DNA of 56,728 nucleotides from Clostridia bacterium. GTDB taxonomy: Bacteria > Bacillota > Clostridia > Oscillospirales > CAG-272. Each line of letters begins with the position of its first letter. Positions within the stretch are counted from its first letter, which is position 1. The stretch lies in NCBI GenBank assembly GCA_900754175.1, contig CAAEBS010000146.1, positions 1-56,728 on the forward strand, read 5' to 3'. Both the position numbers and the translations under genes were made by a program. The notes under the pieces were generated by a model that was not told where the DNA came from, made no database searches, and worked only from the letters and a program-made list of their open reading frames with translations. Of the stretch, positions 1-9,745 are shown piece by piece.

Positions 1-521
1 TACCCGTCCTCAACCATTTCCAGATACGGATTATCCGGACTTAACGTTACAACCGGGTCGCTTCCACACATCATTCTGTGAATACTCCGAATGCCGGAGC
101 CAAAATGAATAGCTCGCAAATCATGAGAGATAAAAACCCCCCACTCAATAACCTCAATAGAATCGGGAACCCAAACTTCTTTCAAAGACATAGGCTCCAA
201 ATTAAAAAATGCATTTGCCTGTATCTTTGTCACACGAATTCCTGTCCCGATTTCAGCCGGTATGTGAAACTCTTCGGGTAATTCTCCACCACAACCACGA
301 ATACTGCACGTCTCATCGTCGATCTTTTCATAAACAAGTGTATATTTCCCGTCCGGCGACTCCTCTTCCCTTAAATACAAGGGTTCTTTTCCCAAACTCA
401 TGACTTCCCAGAATTCATCCGTTTCATCTTCGGTTGGCGCCTGCCTGCGGCAGGAAACAAAAAGCAGAGCGGTCAGAATCATTGCCATTGTCAGTGAAAG
501 CAGTTGTATTCTCTTTGTCAT
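1..521 (-). CDS. BspA-type leucine-rich-repeat (LRR_5-like) lipoprotein, N-terminal part only (gene runs off the window start)
   Basis: Absent from the ORF track because there is no in-window stop. Hand translation from ATG 521..519 gives MTKRIQLLSLTMAMILTALLFVSCRRQAPTEDE... (signal peptide plus lipobox LFVSC). Later IPAEIGTGIRVTKIQANAFFNLEPMSLKEVWVPDSIEVIEWGVF looks like LRR_5 repeats. The start lies 3 nt after the RHS stop (524..526). Confidence 0.7.
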   Translation of the reverse strand, partial: MTKRIQLLSLTMAMILTALLFVSCRRQAPTEDETDEFWEVMSLGKEPLYLREEESPDGKYTLVYEKIDDETCSIRGCGGELPEEFHIPAEIGTGIRVTKIQANAFFNLEPMSLKEVWVPDSIEVIEWGVFISHDLRAIHFGSGIRSIHRMMCGSDPVVTLSPDNPYLEMVEDG

Positions 522-523
522 AA

Positions 524-3500
524 CTATCTTCGCCCCTTCTCCCAAATTTTTAAAGTATCCTCAACTGTACCATGAGCATGAGGAGTGTAACAATATAGCG
601 ATGTATGATCAGTATCAATTGCAACGACATAATAGCGCCAAGACGGATTCATCTCTCCAATTTCTTTATCGTTGAATACATACTGATTTTTATCATGAGG
701 ATGGGTATGAATGAATGCCACTATGGTAGCACCTTTATCTCTAACTTTCCACGGACAAACATTTACCGAACTCGTAGATGTAGTGTGATAAATCACTGAA
801 ATACAGTAATACCCTTGCGCATCCTTATAAATAAACACTGCATGTTCATAACAATTCGGGTCTGTCAGATATCTTTCCTCAATCATTTTTATTGCATTAT
901 CAAGACACCGATCATAAGAAGTATATCTCCCTGAGGCTCTTCTCGTTGCTTCATCATCACTCATACCATAATATCTGCAAGTACAATCCATAGGCGGCAA
1001 ACCATATTCTAATCGATGAAAATCTGCAGACGTGCCATTATAAGGGCAAGTACCATTCGGGTCAATGAAATTTACCGGATTGTTTCCACAATAAGAAAAT
1101 TGATTATACCCTAACAGTCCGCAATTCAATTGCCCATCCGCATTCAGGAATCTGCCCCACTCGGGGTTATAATACCGGCTCTGGAGGTAGTACCACCCGG
1201 TTTCCACGTCATAGTAATAGCCTCTGTATCGGAACGGATTCATTGTGAACAAAATATTAAATTCAAGCACTGTCCGTCCTTTGTTGAATTTGGATGATAC
1301 TTCTCCCCATGCCGTATAGGTATATGTGCCTATTTGGTTGCCACTTTCATTGTATATGGCTATAATATCTCCCTGCAGATTCTTCTCAAAGAAGAAATAG
1401 TTATATCTCTCCGCCGCATACGAATCTGTTCGGTATTTCAGCCCGATCGGTGATCCGTTCTCATCATAGATATAGATCAGAAGATACTCTACGCCACCCT
1501 CTTCCCAACTCTCCGATATAATCTGACTGCCGGACAATGTGTACCGGTGCTCAACACCCTCCACTGTCTTACTCGTCCGGATTCCGTCAGCGTTATAGGT
1601 AAAATTAAGCATCGTACTAAGATCTACATTCATGCACGACATCATTTGTCTGCCATTCCAGGTCATTACATAACCGCCGTACCAATCCCCCTCATAATAA
1701 TATCCTATCATGGTGGGGTTTCCGATTTCATCATACACGATGCGGTCATCTCCCCAGTACGTCAACAGGTCGCCCCACAATGAGTCTTCATAGGAGTAGA
1801 GATCTACCCCCTGCGGCGTTCCCAACGTGCCGGTAGTAAACGCATACCATCTCTTCGCCGTTATATTTCCTGCGTTGTCATACTCATAGACGTAACTGCG
1901 ATTTTGTGCACGGTTATCTTCCCGGACGAGCTGACCGAGGCTATCGTAATAATATTTATTTTGAATGACCCCGGAGCCGTCGGCTATCTGCGTGATATTT
2001 CCGTTATCGTCGTACTCGTAATAACGGGTGGTTGCGGTAGTCAGATCGCTGTTTATGCCAACGCTGCTGATTACCTTGGATACCAATCCGGATTCGTAAT
2101 TTTCGCTGGTTTTATAATCGTAGATAAGCCGATTATAGAACGCCTCAACGTCGTCTACCTCAAAATCAATCTCTTTGGATTCCACCCGTCCGAAGCTATC
2201 ATAGACGGGCGATATCACGCCGTAAACCAGATCGCCGCTATATACGAGATAGCGCAGATTGCCCGTGGCGTCATTATAGCTGTATGAATAGCTCGCAGAA
2301 TCATAATACGTTGTGCCGTAATACGAACCGGCGGGACAAGAGTAGTCCACGTTATGGAAAACCATGCTGATTCTCGACTGCTCGTCGTAGTAAATGGAGC
2401 TTCCGTACCGGTTGGTATAGGTTTCGGAATCGTACACGTAGAATTGAACCAGCTTACTTTCCGAATCATATTTATACAGTGTGACCTCGTTTGCCTTGTG
2501 GTCGGTAAGCGAGAAGATGTTTCCGGCGCTGTCGTAGGTATAGGAATACACGGTTTCAAAAGCGCCGTTCTCACCTGTATTATACCTTATTTCGGAAATT
2601 CTGTCAAGTATATCGTACACATATTTTACTTTCAGCCCGTTTCCGTAGGTCAGGGTATTCAGTTTGCCGTTGTTGTTATTATATTCATATCCGGCAAGAC
2701 TGTGATCTCCGGCACTGATTCCGGTCGTATTGCCAAAGGCGTCGTACACGAACGTATACTCGGTGGATCCCGTGGTGATCGAGGAAAGCCGCTTTGTGAC
2801 CGGGTCATACTCATAGCTCACCGATGCGCTGTTGGAATTCGGTGAGTAGCTGTAAGAATAATCCCGGATAGGAATCCCGTCGGGATCCTCGTACTCGGTC
2901 ACAGTTTCCACGAGAGTAGCCGGAAGCACCCCGGTGAGGTTGCCTATGGCGTCGTACTGGTAGCAAACGCCGTTGCCCTCCGGATAAGCGGTTGCAAGCA
3001 ATCTGCCGTTTGTCTCGTCATAGAAATACCGGGTGATGTTCCAGAGGGAATCAATTTCATTGGCTACCGATCCGAAAATATGCGTGCCGTTCTGCGTATT
3101 GTATTCGGTTACGGAAAACGATTGCGCCGTGGAATTTTCAGCGCTGTCATACGTCCACACATACGTTGGTTGTCCGAACGAGTTATAACCGTAGGAATAG
3201 TAGAACTTTTCGGTTACGGTACCGTTTACCACCTCTCCGTCCGAGGGTCTGAAATATCCGGTGTATTTTTTGTGATATTCCTTTTTCACCCGGTTCTTGC
3301 TGTCGTATTCGTACGTGACCATGGATTTGTTGGACGACACCGCACGGATGACGTTGTTGTTATCATCATACTGATACCACGCAGTATTTCTGCCGTTCTT
3401 ATAGGTGGTCAGGTAGCCCTTGGCGTCATAATCGTATATGTCGGTGGTATTGCTGTCACGCACCACCGAAACATTGTCGAAATAGCCCTCTCCCGGGTGG

Positions 3501-6500
3501 TGGCTGTACATAAAGGTAATGGTGATGCTGTCCACCAGCCCCTTATCCGGATTGGTAGCAAATCCGCCGCTGATAAACTGCCAGTCGGTGATACCCTTGT
3601 CAAAGTCAAAGTAAAAGGTATCCTCCGGCGGCATATCGGTTCCGTCGTAGTACTGAACCGTAGCCTGGATGCAGAACAGACTGGTCACGGCATACGCCTG
3701 CGCCGTTCCCTTGCCCCAGCCCGAAACGGTGAACATGATCGGGTCTTTGCCGTCGCCACGCCCCGTTTCGATATACTCGGTCCGCCTGGAATCGGTCGTC
3801 TGATAGACGGTCTGCTCCACGAATTCATACTCGTCCAGATCGATATCAATTTTCAGGACCTTGCCGAACGCCGGAATTCCCGAATCGACGATGGTGACGG
3901 GCTTGGAGCCATAGTCCAGGATTCTCCAGAAGCTTCCGGGCGTGACCGCATCCATACTGCTCTCAAAATGTCCGGCGTTGACCAGGTCGTATTCCGCCAC
4001 TCCGGTCGTTCTGGACAGCATGACGTTGTCCACCCAGATCACCTCGTCCGCACTGGGAGAGCCTGTCACGACCACAGAAATCTTAAACCGTTCTTTTCCG
4101 CCGGACGCCCCGGGGTCTGCGGTGAAATTCAGCCCGGCAAACGCATAATGTCCGGTGGCATAATACTTGTTTCCGGCAATCTCCTGCGTAACGGAATGGG
4201 CGCTGTTGCTCATGGATTCGGCTTTCAGATAGATATGAACGCCGTCCGGCAACTCGTGGGTGTTGATATACAACGCCAGCGAATACTCGCCCTTGTCAAG
4301 AGAGACATACTGATAAATCGACGAGGAGGTAGTGGTGGCGTTGACCGTCAGGGCAGCGCACGCACGCCCCTCATGCTGCATCAAGCTCCAGCAGGTTGCG
4401 GTGCCGGTCTTGTTCCAGTAAGGAATGGAGTCGGACGCCGTTTCCTCAAATCCGCCGTTCAGCAGATAGTTTGACGACCGCTGAGTGGTCTGAACCGAGG
4501 ACTTCAGATTGTTTCTGGCTTTGGGATTGTCGTCGCCGACGTACTGCCCGTTGGAAGCGCCGTAAATCTGCGTTTTGTCAAGATCGGTCGTGTAACAGCT
4601 TACCGTTCTTCCCTCTTTGTCAAAACCGTATGTGGTCAGCAGATCGTCGTCCGTGTTGAAAATGTCATCGGTGCCGCTTGTCCGGATGACCGTGCTGGAA
4701 GCGCCGTAGGTGAGCGACAACTGCTGTCCGGCGGTGTCGGGCGTGTCGACAGCCCATTCTTTCACGGAGGTCACACGCTTGGCGGCGTCATATCCGTATT
4801 CCACCTTGTACCGGGAAAGGCTGTTTGTAACACAGGTGATCAGACCGTCGCTGTTGTAGGTGTAATCGGCGACGGCGTCAACCGTTATTCCGCCGGACGA
4901 GCTGTTGGAATCCGTATTGTAAAAGCTGCTCCACATCGCACTCGTGGTCCCGCCGTGGGCACGCACGATCTGGCGGAGATATTTTCCGGACGATGCGGCA
5001 ATTTCTCCGGTCGGCGTTGCCGAATACCGGACCACCACGCCCTCTCCCGAGGTCGGGTTCCATATCAGGTAAGGTCTTCCGTTGCCGTCGTATTCAAATT
5101 TCAACTGTTCGATCGGATTTCTGCCGTTTGGTTTCAGCGAAATGCCGGTCGGGCGTGTGGACGTGTCGAGGTCGATGATGACCTTGTTGCCGTTCTTGTC
5201 CTGAATCTCGATCAGGTACAGTCCGACCACCACGCCCTCCGGCTCCCAGCCGAAAATATGATAGGTCCGCACATTGTTGTTCTTATCGGTTATGGTGGAG
5301 GTGAGGTCGCCCTCTTCAAGCTTCAGAAGCAGACCGTCCTCATCCTCATACACCGTGCTTTCGGAGGTGGGCATAAAGTAGTGCTCGGTCCCGTCGCTGT
5401 CCGACAGGACGTAGAAATAAGCGGTGTTGCCCTCCTGATTCGTAAAGGATTTTTTGATAAGCGTCTCGTTGAGGTTCAGTTTTATCGACATCGGCTCATA
5501 CGTTCCCCAGTACGACATCTGCGCATAAGGATAATAATACTCCTGATTTGCCATGGCAGAATCGTAGACGAAAGTCGGGGTAAAGGGCATGAGCGAATCA
5601 ATGGTCGTAAGCGTCGGGATGCTGAACACCAGCTTTCCGGTGGCATTGTTTACCGAACCGGTACCGGCAAAGCCTGCGCTCTGCGAGGTGTAGGACCAGT
5701 AGCTTTCAAGCCCTTTCATGTCCTTGTAGGTAATGCAAAGCTGAGGGCGCTTGGTCTTGTCGGACGCCTCGTTTGCATAGAACTTGGCGATTCCGGTAAA
5801 GTCAGTGCCGGTTGCCGGTCCGAACATGATTCCATAATTCTGCCCGCTGTACCACTTTTTCACAATGGGCGTGATGTTCCAGTGGTAACCCCAGTAGTCA
5901 TTCAGCCCCTCTGCCTCATAACACTGAATCTCCTGAAAATCGGTAAATTCGGTTGCCGGAACTCCCTGCGGATTTTCGGATGCCGTAACCTTGCTCCAGT
6001 TCAGCGACGCATCCCAATCGCTGGTCACGTCATATACCGCAACGTATCCGTACATATACTCGGAGGTAAAGCACGTCATGGTAAACTGCGCATCGGTAAC
6101 GTATGCCGATGCAGGCAGTGCCGGCAAGGTATTGAGCTTCCAATAAGCCCGCCATTCGCTGCTTACCCAAAGCGACGGCGTATCGGCACCTGTCCCGGAA
6201 CTGGTATTCACATCAATGTCCAGAACCGAGGAATTTGCGCCCGTGTATATCGGCGGGTCGATCGTAACGGGAAATACTCTTTCCTCCGCATTGAGCCACC
6301 CGCTGTCGGCGGTGACCGTCAGCGTATATTTGCCGTTGCCGTGATCGTTCAGGGCAAATGAAACCGCCGAAGAGCGATTTCGCCCGGCATCGTACATAAA
6401 AGGCGCCGGGATCCAATAGAAAACGTCGCCGGATGCAGGATCCGACAGGATAATTTCGCCCTTTTCATTCAACGTCGCCGCCAGGTTGTTGAGCGACATG

Positions 6501-7141
6501 GTGAAGGAATAAGAATAACTGCTCTGCCGCTCCTTTACAATAATGTTTTCTTTGACGTCCAGACCGCTGACAATATACTCAAGGTCGGTGCCGGGAAGAA
6601 TGTCCTCATACTTCACCGACGCCGCAAATTTGTCAAGCGCCGTCATCTTCTGCAAGGTGGTGGCGTCCGTACCGTATTCCCCCTCGTGGTTGGTAATCCG
6701 CCCCGGGATCTTCTTTGCGGCGCCGTCAAGCGCCAGCGTCAGCTTTTTGTTGCCGTCGTGGATCGTAAAAATATTGCCGTTTCCGGTCGTCTTTTTTGCA
6801 AATTTGATCTTTGCGTCGGAGGTCGTAATGTCACTGCCGTTTGCGGCAAGTGTGTTGTCAATGTCCTGCCATACGCCGTCCGCATCCAGATAATGGATCG
6901 CCGTATCGTATTGCGCCAGATAGCAGGACCCATCCTCCAGGCGGAAGGTCTTGGTCGTCTCGGTCCGCCTGTCGGTAAGCTCAAATATTTCTCCGGATTT
7001 TTCAATCGTATCGGGGAGCGATTGGCTGTCATTGCCAAGCCCCAAAGCCAGTGCAGAAAGAGGAAGGGACATAATTACCACAATCACTGCAAGCAAAAAG
7101 GCAACGGCTTTCAGGGTCGGCTTGAATTTACTTTTTTTCAT
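524..7141 (-). CDS. RHS/YD-repeat polymorphic toxin (WapA-like, Sec signal peptide) with C-terminal DUF4329/JAB-like domain
   Basis: 2205-aa ORF. N-terminal signal peptide MKKSKFKPTLKAVAFLLAVIVVIMSLPLSALALG. CBM-like LLNGGFE modules and many YD repeats (YxYDxxGN). RHS-core end motif YCGNNPVNFIDPNG. RBS AAAGGA upstream of 7141. Confidence 0.93.
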   Translation of the reverse strand: MKKSKFKPTLKAVAFLLAVIVVIMSLPLSALALGLGNDSQSLPDTIEKSGEIFELTDRRTETTKTFRLEDGSCYLAQYDTAIHYLDADGVWQDIDNTLAANGSDITTSDAKIKFAKKTTGNGNIFTIHDGNKKLTLALDGAAKKIPGRITNHEGEYGTDATTLQKMTALDKFAASVKYEDILPGTDLEYIVSGLDVKENIIVKERQSSYSYSFTMSLNNLAATLNEKGEIILSDPASGDVFYWIPAPFMYDAGRNRSSAVSFALNDHGNGKYTLTVTADSGWLNAEERVFPVTIDPPIYTGANSSVLDIDVNTSSGTGADTPSLWVSSEWRAYWKLNTLPALPASAYVTDAQFTMTCFTSEYMYGYVAVYDVTSDWDASLNWSKVTASENPQGVPATEFTDFQEIQCYEAEGLNDYWGYHWNITPIVKKWYSGQNYGIMFGPATGTDFTGIAKFYANEASDKTKRPQLCITYKDMKGLESYWSYTSQSAGFAGTGSVNNATGKLVFSIPTLTTIDSLMPFTPTFVYDSAMANQEYYYPYAQMSYWGTYEPMSIKLNLNETLIKKSFTNQEGNTAYFYVLSDSDGTEHYFMPTSESTVYEDEDGLLLKLEEGDLTSTITDKNNNVRTYHIFGWEPEGVVVGLYLIEIQDKNGNKVIIDLDTSTRPTGISLKPNGRNPIEQLKFEYDGNGRPYLIWNPTSGEGVVVRYSATPTGEIAASSGKYLRQIVRAHGGTTSAMWSSFYNTDSNSSSGGITVDAVADYTYNSDGLITCVTNSLSRYKVEYGYDAAKRVTSVKEWAVDTPDTAGQQLSLTYGASSTVIRTSGTDDIFNTDDDLLTTYGFDKEGRTVSCYTTDLDKTQIYGASNGQYVGDDNPKARNNLKSSVQTTQRSSNYLLNGGFEETASDSIPYWNKTGTATCWSLMQHEGRACAALTVNATTTSSSIYQYVSLDKGEYSLALYINTHELPDGVHIYLKAESMSNSAHSVTQEIAGNKYYATGHYAFAGLNFTADPGASGGKERFKISVVVTGSPSADEVIWVDNVMLSRTTGVAEYDLVNAGHFESSMDAVTPGSFWRILDYGSKPVTIVDSGIPAFGKVLKIDIDLDEYEFVEQTVYQTTDSRRTEYIETGRGDGKDPIMFTVSGWGKGTAQAYAVTSLFCIQATVQYYDGTDMPPEDTFYFDFDKGITDWQFISGGFATNPDKGLVDSITITFMYSHHPGEGYFDNVSVVRDSNTTDIYDYDAKGYLTTYKNGRNTAWYQYDDNNNVIRAVSSNKSMVTYEYDSKNRVKKEYHKKYTGYFRPSDGEVVNGTVTEKFYYSYGYNSFGQPTYVWTYDSAENSTAQSFSVTEYNTQNGTHIFGSVANEIDSLWNITRYFYDETNGRLLATAYPEGNGVCYQYDAIGNLTGVLPATLVETVTEYEDPDGIPIRDYSYSYSPNSNSASVSYEYDPVTKRLSSITTGSTEYTFVYDAFGNTTGISAGDHSLAGYEYNNNNGKLNTLTYGNGLKVKYVYDILDRISEIRYNTGENGAFETVYSYTYDSAGNIFSLTDHKANEVTLYKYDSESKLVQFYVYDSETYTNRYGSSIYYDEQSRISMVFHNVDYSCPAGSYYGTTYYDSASYSYSYNDATGNLRYLVYSGDLVYGVISPVYDSFGRVESKEIDFEVDDVEAFYNRLIYDYKTSENYESGLVSKVISSVGINSDLTTATTRYYEYDDNGNITQIADGSGVIQNKYYYDSLGQLVREDNRAQNRSYVYEYDNAGNITAKRWYAFTTGTLGTPQGVDLYSYEDSLWGDLLTYWGDDRIVYDEIGNPTMIGYYYEGDWYGGYVMTWNGRQMMSCMNVDLSTMLNFTYNADGIRTSKTVEGVEHRYTLSGSQIISESWEEGGVEYLLIYIYDENGSPIGLKYRTDSYAAERYNYFFFEKNLQGDIIAIYNESGNQIGTYTYTAWGEVSSKFNKGRTVLEFNILFTMNPFRYRGYYYDVETGWYYLQSRYYNPEWGRFLNADGQLNCGLLGYNQFSYCGNNPVNFIDPNGTCPYNGTSADFHRLEYGLPPMDCTCRYYGMSDDEATRRASGRYTSYDRCLDNAIKMIEERYLTDPNCYEHAVFIYKDAQGYYCISVIYHTTSTSSVNVCPWKVRDKGATIVAFIHTHPHDKNQYVFNDKEIGEMNPSWRYYVVAIDTDHTSLYCYTPHAHGTVEDTLKIWEKGRR
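527..1051 (-). other. C-terminal 175-aa variable tip of the RHS protein (DUF4329/JAB-fold-like, putative toxin or effector module)
   Basis: Begins right after ...NPVNFIDPNG. Contains EHAVFIYKDAQGYY...VAFIHTHPHDKNQYVFND, the E...HxH...D pattern I associate with DUF4329/JAMM folds. Visibly more AT-rich than the repeat body. Confidence 0.55.
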
Positions 7142-7313
7142 GGTCGGAAATCCTTTCTTTTCTTCATCCGCATCGTCAAATTCCGGCTTTGATTGATGAC
7201 GTTTTCAATCTTCCCTGCAAGGTACTGTCCGCATGTCCTCGGTGCACACAAGGGCATGCAAACGGCAAAGCCTCTTCCTTTATGTAAGATCGTCCTGATC
7301 GGGACGATTACAT

Positions 7314-7368
7314 ACAAAGACAAAAAGCGCATAAAGCCGCCAGGTTTTTCCCGACTGCTTTATGCGCT
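7314..7368 (-). terminator. Terminator-like hairpin inside the RHS 5' leader (attenuator, or end of a short upstream transcript)
   Basis: Perfect 12-bp inverted repeat agcgcataaagc (7326..7337) / gctttatgcgct (7357..7368) with a 19-nt loop. On the minus strand it is followed by TTTTGTCTTTGT. Confidence 0.4.
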
Positions 7369-7511
7369 GAATTGAATATTAAAGTGCTGTCATGGTATTC
7401 AGAACGGATACACAAACCGTCCTGCGAAGTTCGGCAGCAAAAGGGTCAGCGCTTTTCGCTCCACGCTCTGCACTGTCGGGCGGTATAAAGATCGCTGTTG
7501 ACTTTATCCAT

Positions 7512-7540
7512 ATTATACCATGTTTGCACTGTTTTGTCAA
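7512..7540 (-). promoter_or_regulatory. Consensus sigma-A-type promoter upstream of the RHS gene
   Basis: Minus strand: TTGACA (7540..7535), 17 nt, TATAAT (7517..7512), preceded by TGg (extended -10). Implies a leader of about 360 nt before ATG 7141. Confidence 0.55.
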
Positions 7541-7648
7541 TATCTGGAAATGTCACAAAATGTAAAAAAATATTTTGGCTATTTCCCACAAGCCACAATC
7601 TGTTTCGTATCAAATCCGGCTTTTATTTGCTCCAAATGATATTATTGC

Positions 7649-7689
7649 AAAAACCCCGCCCGCTTTCCGGATTTGGAAAGCGGGCGGGG
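7649..7689 (-). terminator. Rho-independent terminator downstream of the Na/Pi cotransporter gene
   Basis: 15-bp GC-rich stem ccccgcccgctttcc (7654..7668) / ggaaagcgggcgggg (7675..7689). On the minus strand it is followed by TTTTT (7653..7649). It sits 7 nt after the stop at 7696. Confidence 0.75.
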
Positions 7690-7695
7690 GGAATT

Positions 7696-9462
7696 TTAAC
7701 TATTGGCAGGTCTTTTTCTTACGGAATACTTCTGCGCATACCGGCGGTATTTTTCGATGAAGTTGGGGTCCTCCTGCTTGATTCTTTTCAGTGCTTCATG
7801 GGCGTTCATGTTATTTTCGCTCGCATCTATGATACAGACTGCAATGTTGGAGCAATGGTCGCTGACCCGCTCAAAGTTTGTGAGAAGATCCGACCATATA
7901 AAGCCGGCTTCAACCGTACACTCCCCACCTTTCAGACGGACGATATGACTGTCTCTGAGGGTGGCTCTGAGGTCGTCCACCACCTGCTCCAGCGGCTCCA
8001 CGTCATAGGCAAGCGCCACGTTTTCCTCCACGAAAGCCCGCTCGGTCAGCGTCAGCGTTTCCTCCACTGCCCGGCAAAGGACGTTCAGCTCGGCTTTTGC
8101 AGAGCCGGAAAATTCAATTCCCTTTTCCCGCAGTTCCTCCGCCGACTCTATGACGTTTACAGCGTGGTCGGATATCCGCTCCAGATCCCCGATCGCTTTC
8201 AGCAGTTTGGAGACGGTTGCGCTGTCCCGGTCCGAAATCTGATATTGGCTCAGGCGGGCAAGATAGGTTCCGAGGACGTCTTCATAATGGTCGGTCTTTT
8301 CCTCGATATCCCGCACCTTTTGTGCAATCTCGGGCGTAAAACGGTCGATTGCCTGAATACTCAGCCGAAAGCTCCCGATCGCCTCTGTTGCCATTTTGGA
8401 AGTGAGACGGCTGCACTGGTCCAGCGCAATGCTCGGCGTAGCCAGGAGTCTTTCGTCCAGTTCCACCGGCTTTTCGGCGCTCTTTCCGTCGGGAACCACC
8501 TTATACGCCAGCTTTTCCAGCAGGGACGAGGAAGGCAGCAGCAGTACCGTACAAAGGACATTGAATGCCGAATGGCAGACCGCAATGCCAAGGTAGGACG
8601 CCGGTTGCGAAAGAATTGCGGGCTTCAGGACGGCAGACAGGATGCTGAACGCCGAAAGCCAGATGACTGTGCCGATCACATTAAAGGACAGGTGAACGAA
8701 CGCCGCACGCTTAGCGTTTTTATTAGTGCCGAAAGACGACAGCATGGCGGTCACGCAGGTACCGATATTCTGTCCCATGATGATCGGGATCGCCGCACTG
8801 TAAGAGATTGCCCCCGTCGCCGACAGCGCCTGAAGAATACCGACGGAAGCGGAACTTGACTGGATCACGCCGGTAACGACAGCGCCCACCAGGACGCCGA
8901 GAAGCGGATTCTTGAACGCCACAAACAGGTTCTGAAATTCCGGGACGTCCGCCAGCCCTGAGACGGCGCCGGACATGGCGTCCATACCGAACATCAGCGT
9001 GGCAAAGCCGAGGAGGATCGTGCCGATGTCCTTCTTTTTTGAGGACTTGGCAAACATCGTAAAGCCAATGCCGACAAGGGCAAGCACCGGGCTGAACGAG
9101 GAGGGCTTCAAAAGCTTCAGCACGAGGTTGTCGCTTGAAATACCGCCGAGGCTGAGAATCCACGCCGTCACGGTCGTTCCAATATTGGCGCCCATGATAA
9201 CGCCGATGGACTGCCGCAGGGTCATGACCTTGGAGTTGACAAAGCCAACGACCATGACGGTTGTGGCAGAGGAGCTCTGGATGACCGCCGTCACCCCCAT
9301 CCCTGTCAGAAAGCCCTTGATCTTACTGTTGGTCAGCTTGCCGAGAAGCGATTTCAGCCCGCTCCCCGCACACCGTTCCAGACCGTCGCCCATCACGTTC
9401 ATTCCGAACAGAAACAAGCACAAGCCGCCTATAAAGGCAAGCACGTTAAAAATATCAAACAT
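7696..9462 (-). CDS. Na/Pi cotransporter family protein with C-terminal PhoU-like domain
   Basis: 588 aa. N-terminus MFDIFNVLAFIGGLCLFLFGMNVMGDGLE with duplicated IQSSSAT/IQSSSAS motifs typical of NptA/YjbB-type transporters. The soluble helical C-terminal half is PhoU-like. Confidence 0.88.
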   Translation of the reverse strand: MFDIFNVLAFIGGLCLFLFGMNVMGDGLERCAGSGLKSLLGKLTNSKIKGFLTGMGVTAVIQSSSATTVMVVGFVNSKVMTLRQSIGVIMGANIGTTVTAWILSLGGISSDNLVLKLLKPSSFSPVLALVGIGFTMFAKSSKKKDIGTILLGFATLMFGMDAMSGAVSGLADVPEFQNLFVAFKNPLLGVLVGAVVTGVIQSSSASVGILQALSATGAISYSAAIPIIMGQNIGTCVTAMLSSFGTNKNAKRAAFVHLSFNVIGTVIWLSAFSILSAVLKPAILSQPASYLGIAVCHSAFNVLCTVLLLPSSSLLEKLAYKVVPDGKSAEKPVELDERLLATPSIALDQCSRLTSKMATEAIGSFRLSIQAIDRFTPEIAQKVRDIEEKTDHYEDVLGTYLARLSQYQISDRDSATVSKLLKAIGDLERISDHAVNVIESAEELREKGIEFSGSAKAELNVLCRAVEETLTLTERAFVEENVALAYDVEPLEQVVDDLRATLRDSHIVRLKGGECTVEAGFIWSDLLTNFERVSDHCSNIAVCIIDASENNMNAHEALKRIKQEDPNFIEKYRRYAQKYSVRKRPANS

Positions 9463-9526
9463 ATCGCATTCCCTTTTCCGTATTTTTCCGCCGTTCCAAA
9501 TCTTCCGTTCTTATAGTATCCCACCT

Positions 9527-9745
9527 TTATTCCCGTTTTACGACGTCGGACGGTATTTTCATTTCCCGCCCGACCAGCTCGTCAAGGGTGACCTGCAATA
9601 TATCCGCAATGTGACAGAGCGTCCGGATATCCGGCTGGCGCTCTCCCCGCTCGTAGCGGGAATAAACGACCTTGGAGCAACCGATGCGATCTGCCATTTC
9701 TCTCTGCGTTAGAGACCGTGAAAGGCGAAGCTCCCGCAATTTCAT
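9527..9745 (-). CDS. XRE-family helix-turn-helix transcriptional regulator
   Basis: 72 aa, LRELRLSRSLTQREMADRIGCSKVVYSRYERGERQPDIRTLCHIADILQVTLDELVG. Its ATG overlaps the stop of the upstream RNase III-like gene (ATGA at 9742..9745). Confidence 0.85.
   Translation of the reverse strand: MKLRELRLSRSLTQREMADRIGCSKVVYSRYERGERQPDIRTLCHIADILQVTLDELVGREMKIPSDVVKRE

Noticed and set aside
3080-6361. Long plus-strand ORFs (3080..4474, 464 aa; 4955..6361, 468 aa; others) inside the RHS gene
   Set aside because: They are antisense to a 2205-aa ORF with unmistakable YD/RHS motifs. Their products are Arg/Gly/Val-rich low-complexity strings without RBSs, typical shadow ORFs of GC-rich coding DNA.
524-7141. 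Type VII secretion (LXG/WXG) delivery of the RHS toxin
   Set aside because: The N-terminus is a classical Sec signal peptide, not an LXG domain, and no Esx/Ess genes are nearby.
7138-7332. 64-aa minus-strand ORF ending 4 nt into the RHS start
   Set aside because: No RBS and no recognisable features. It lies in the leader where I favour an RNA-level element. It cannot be excluded as a leader peptide, but there is no positive evidence.
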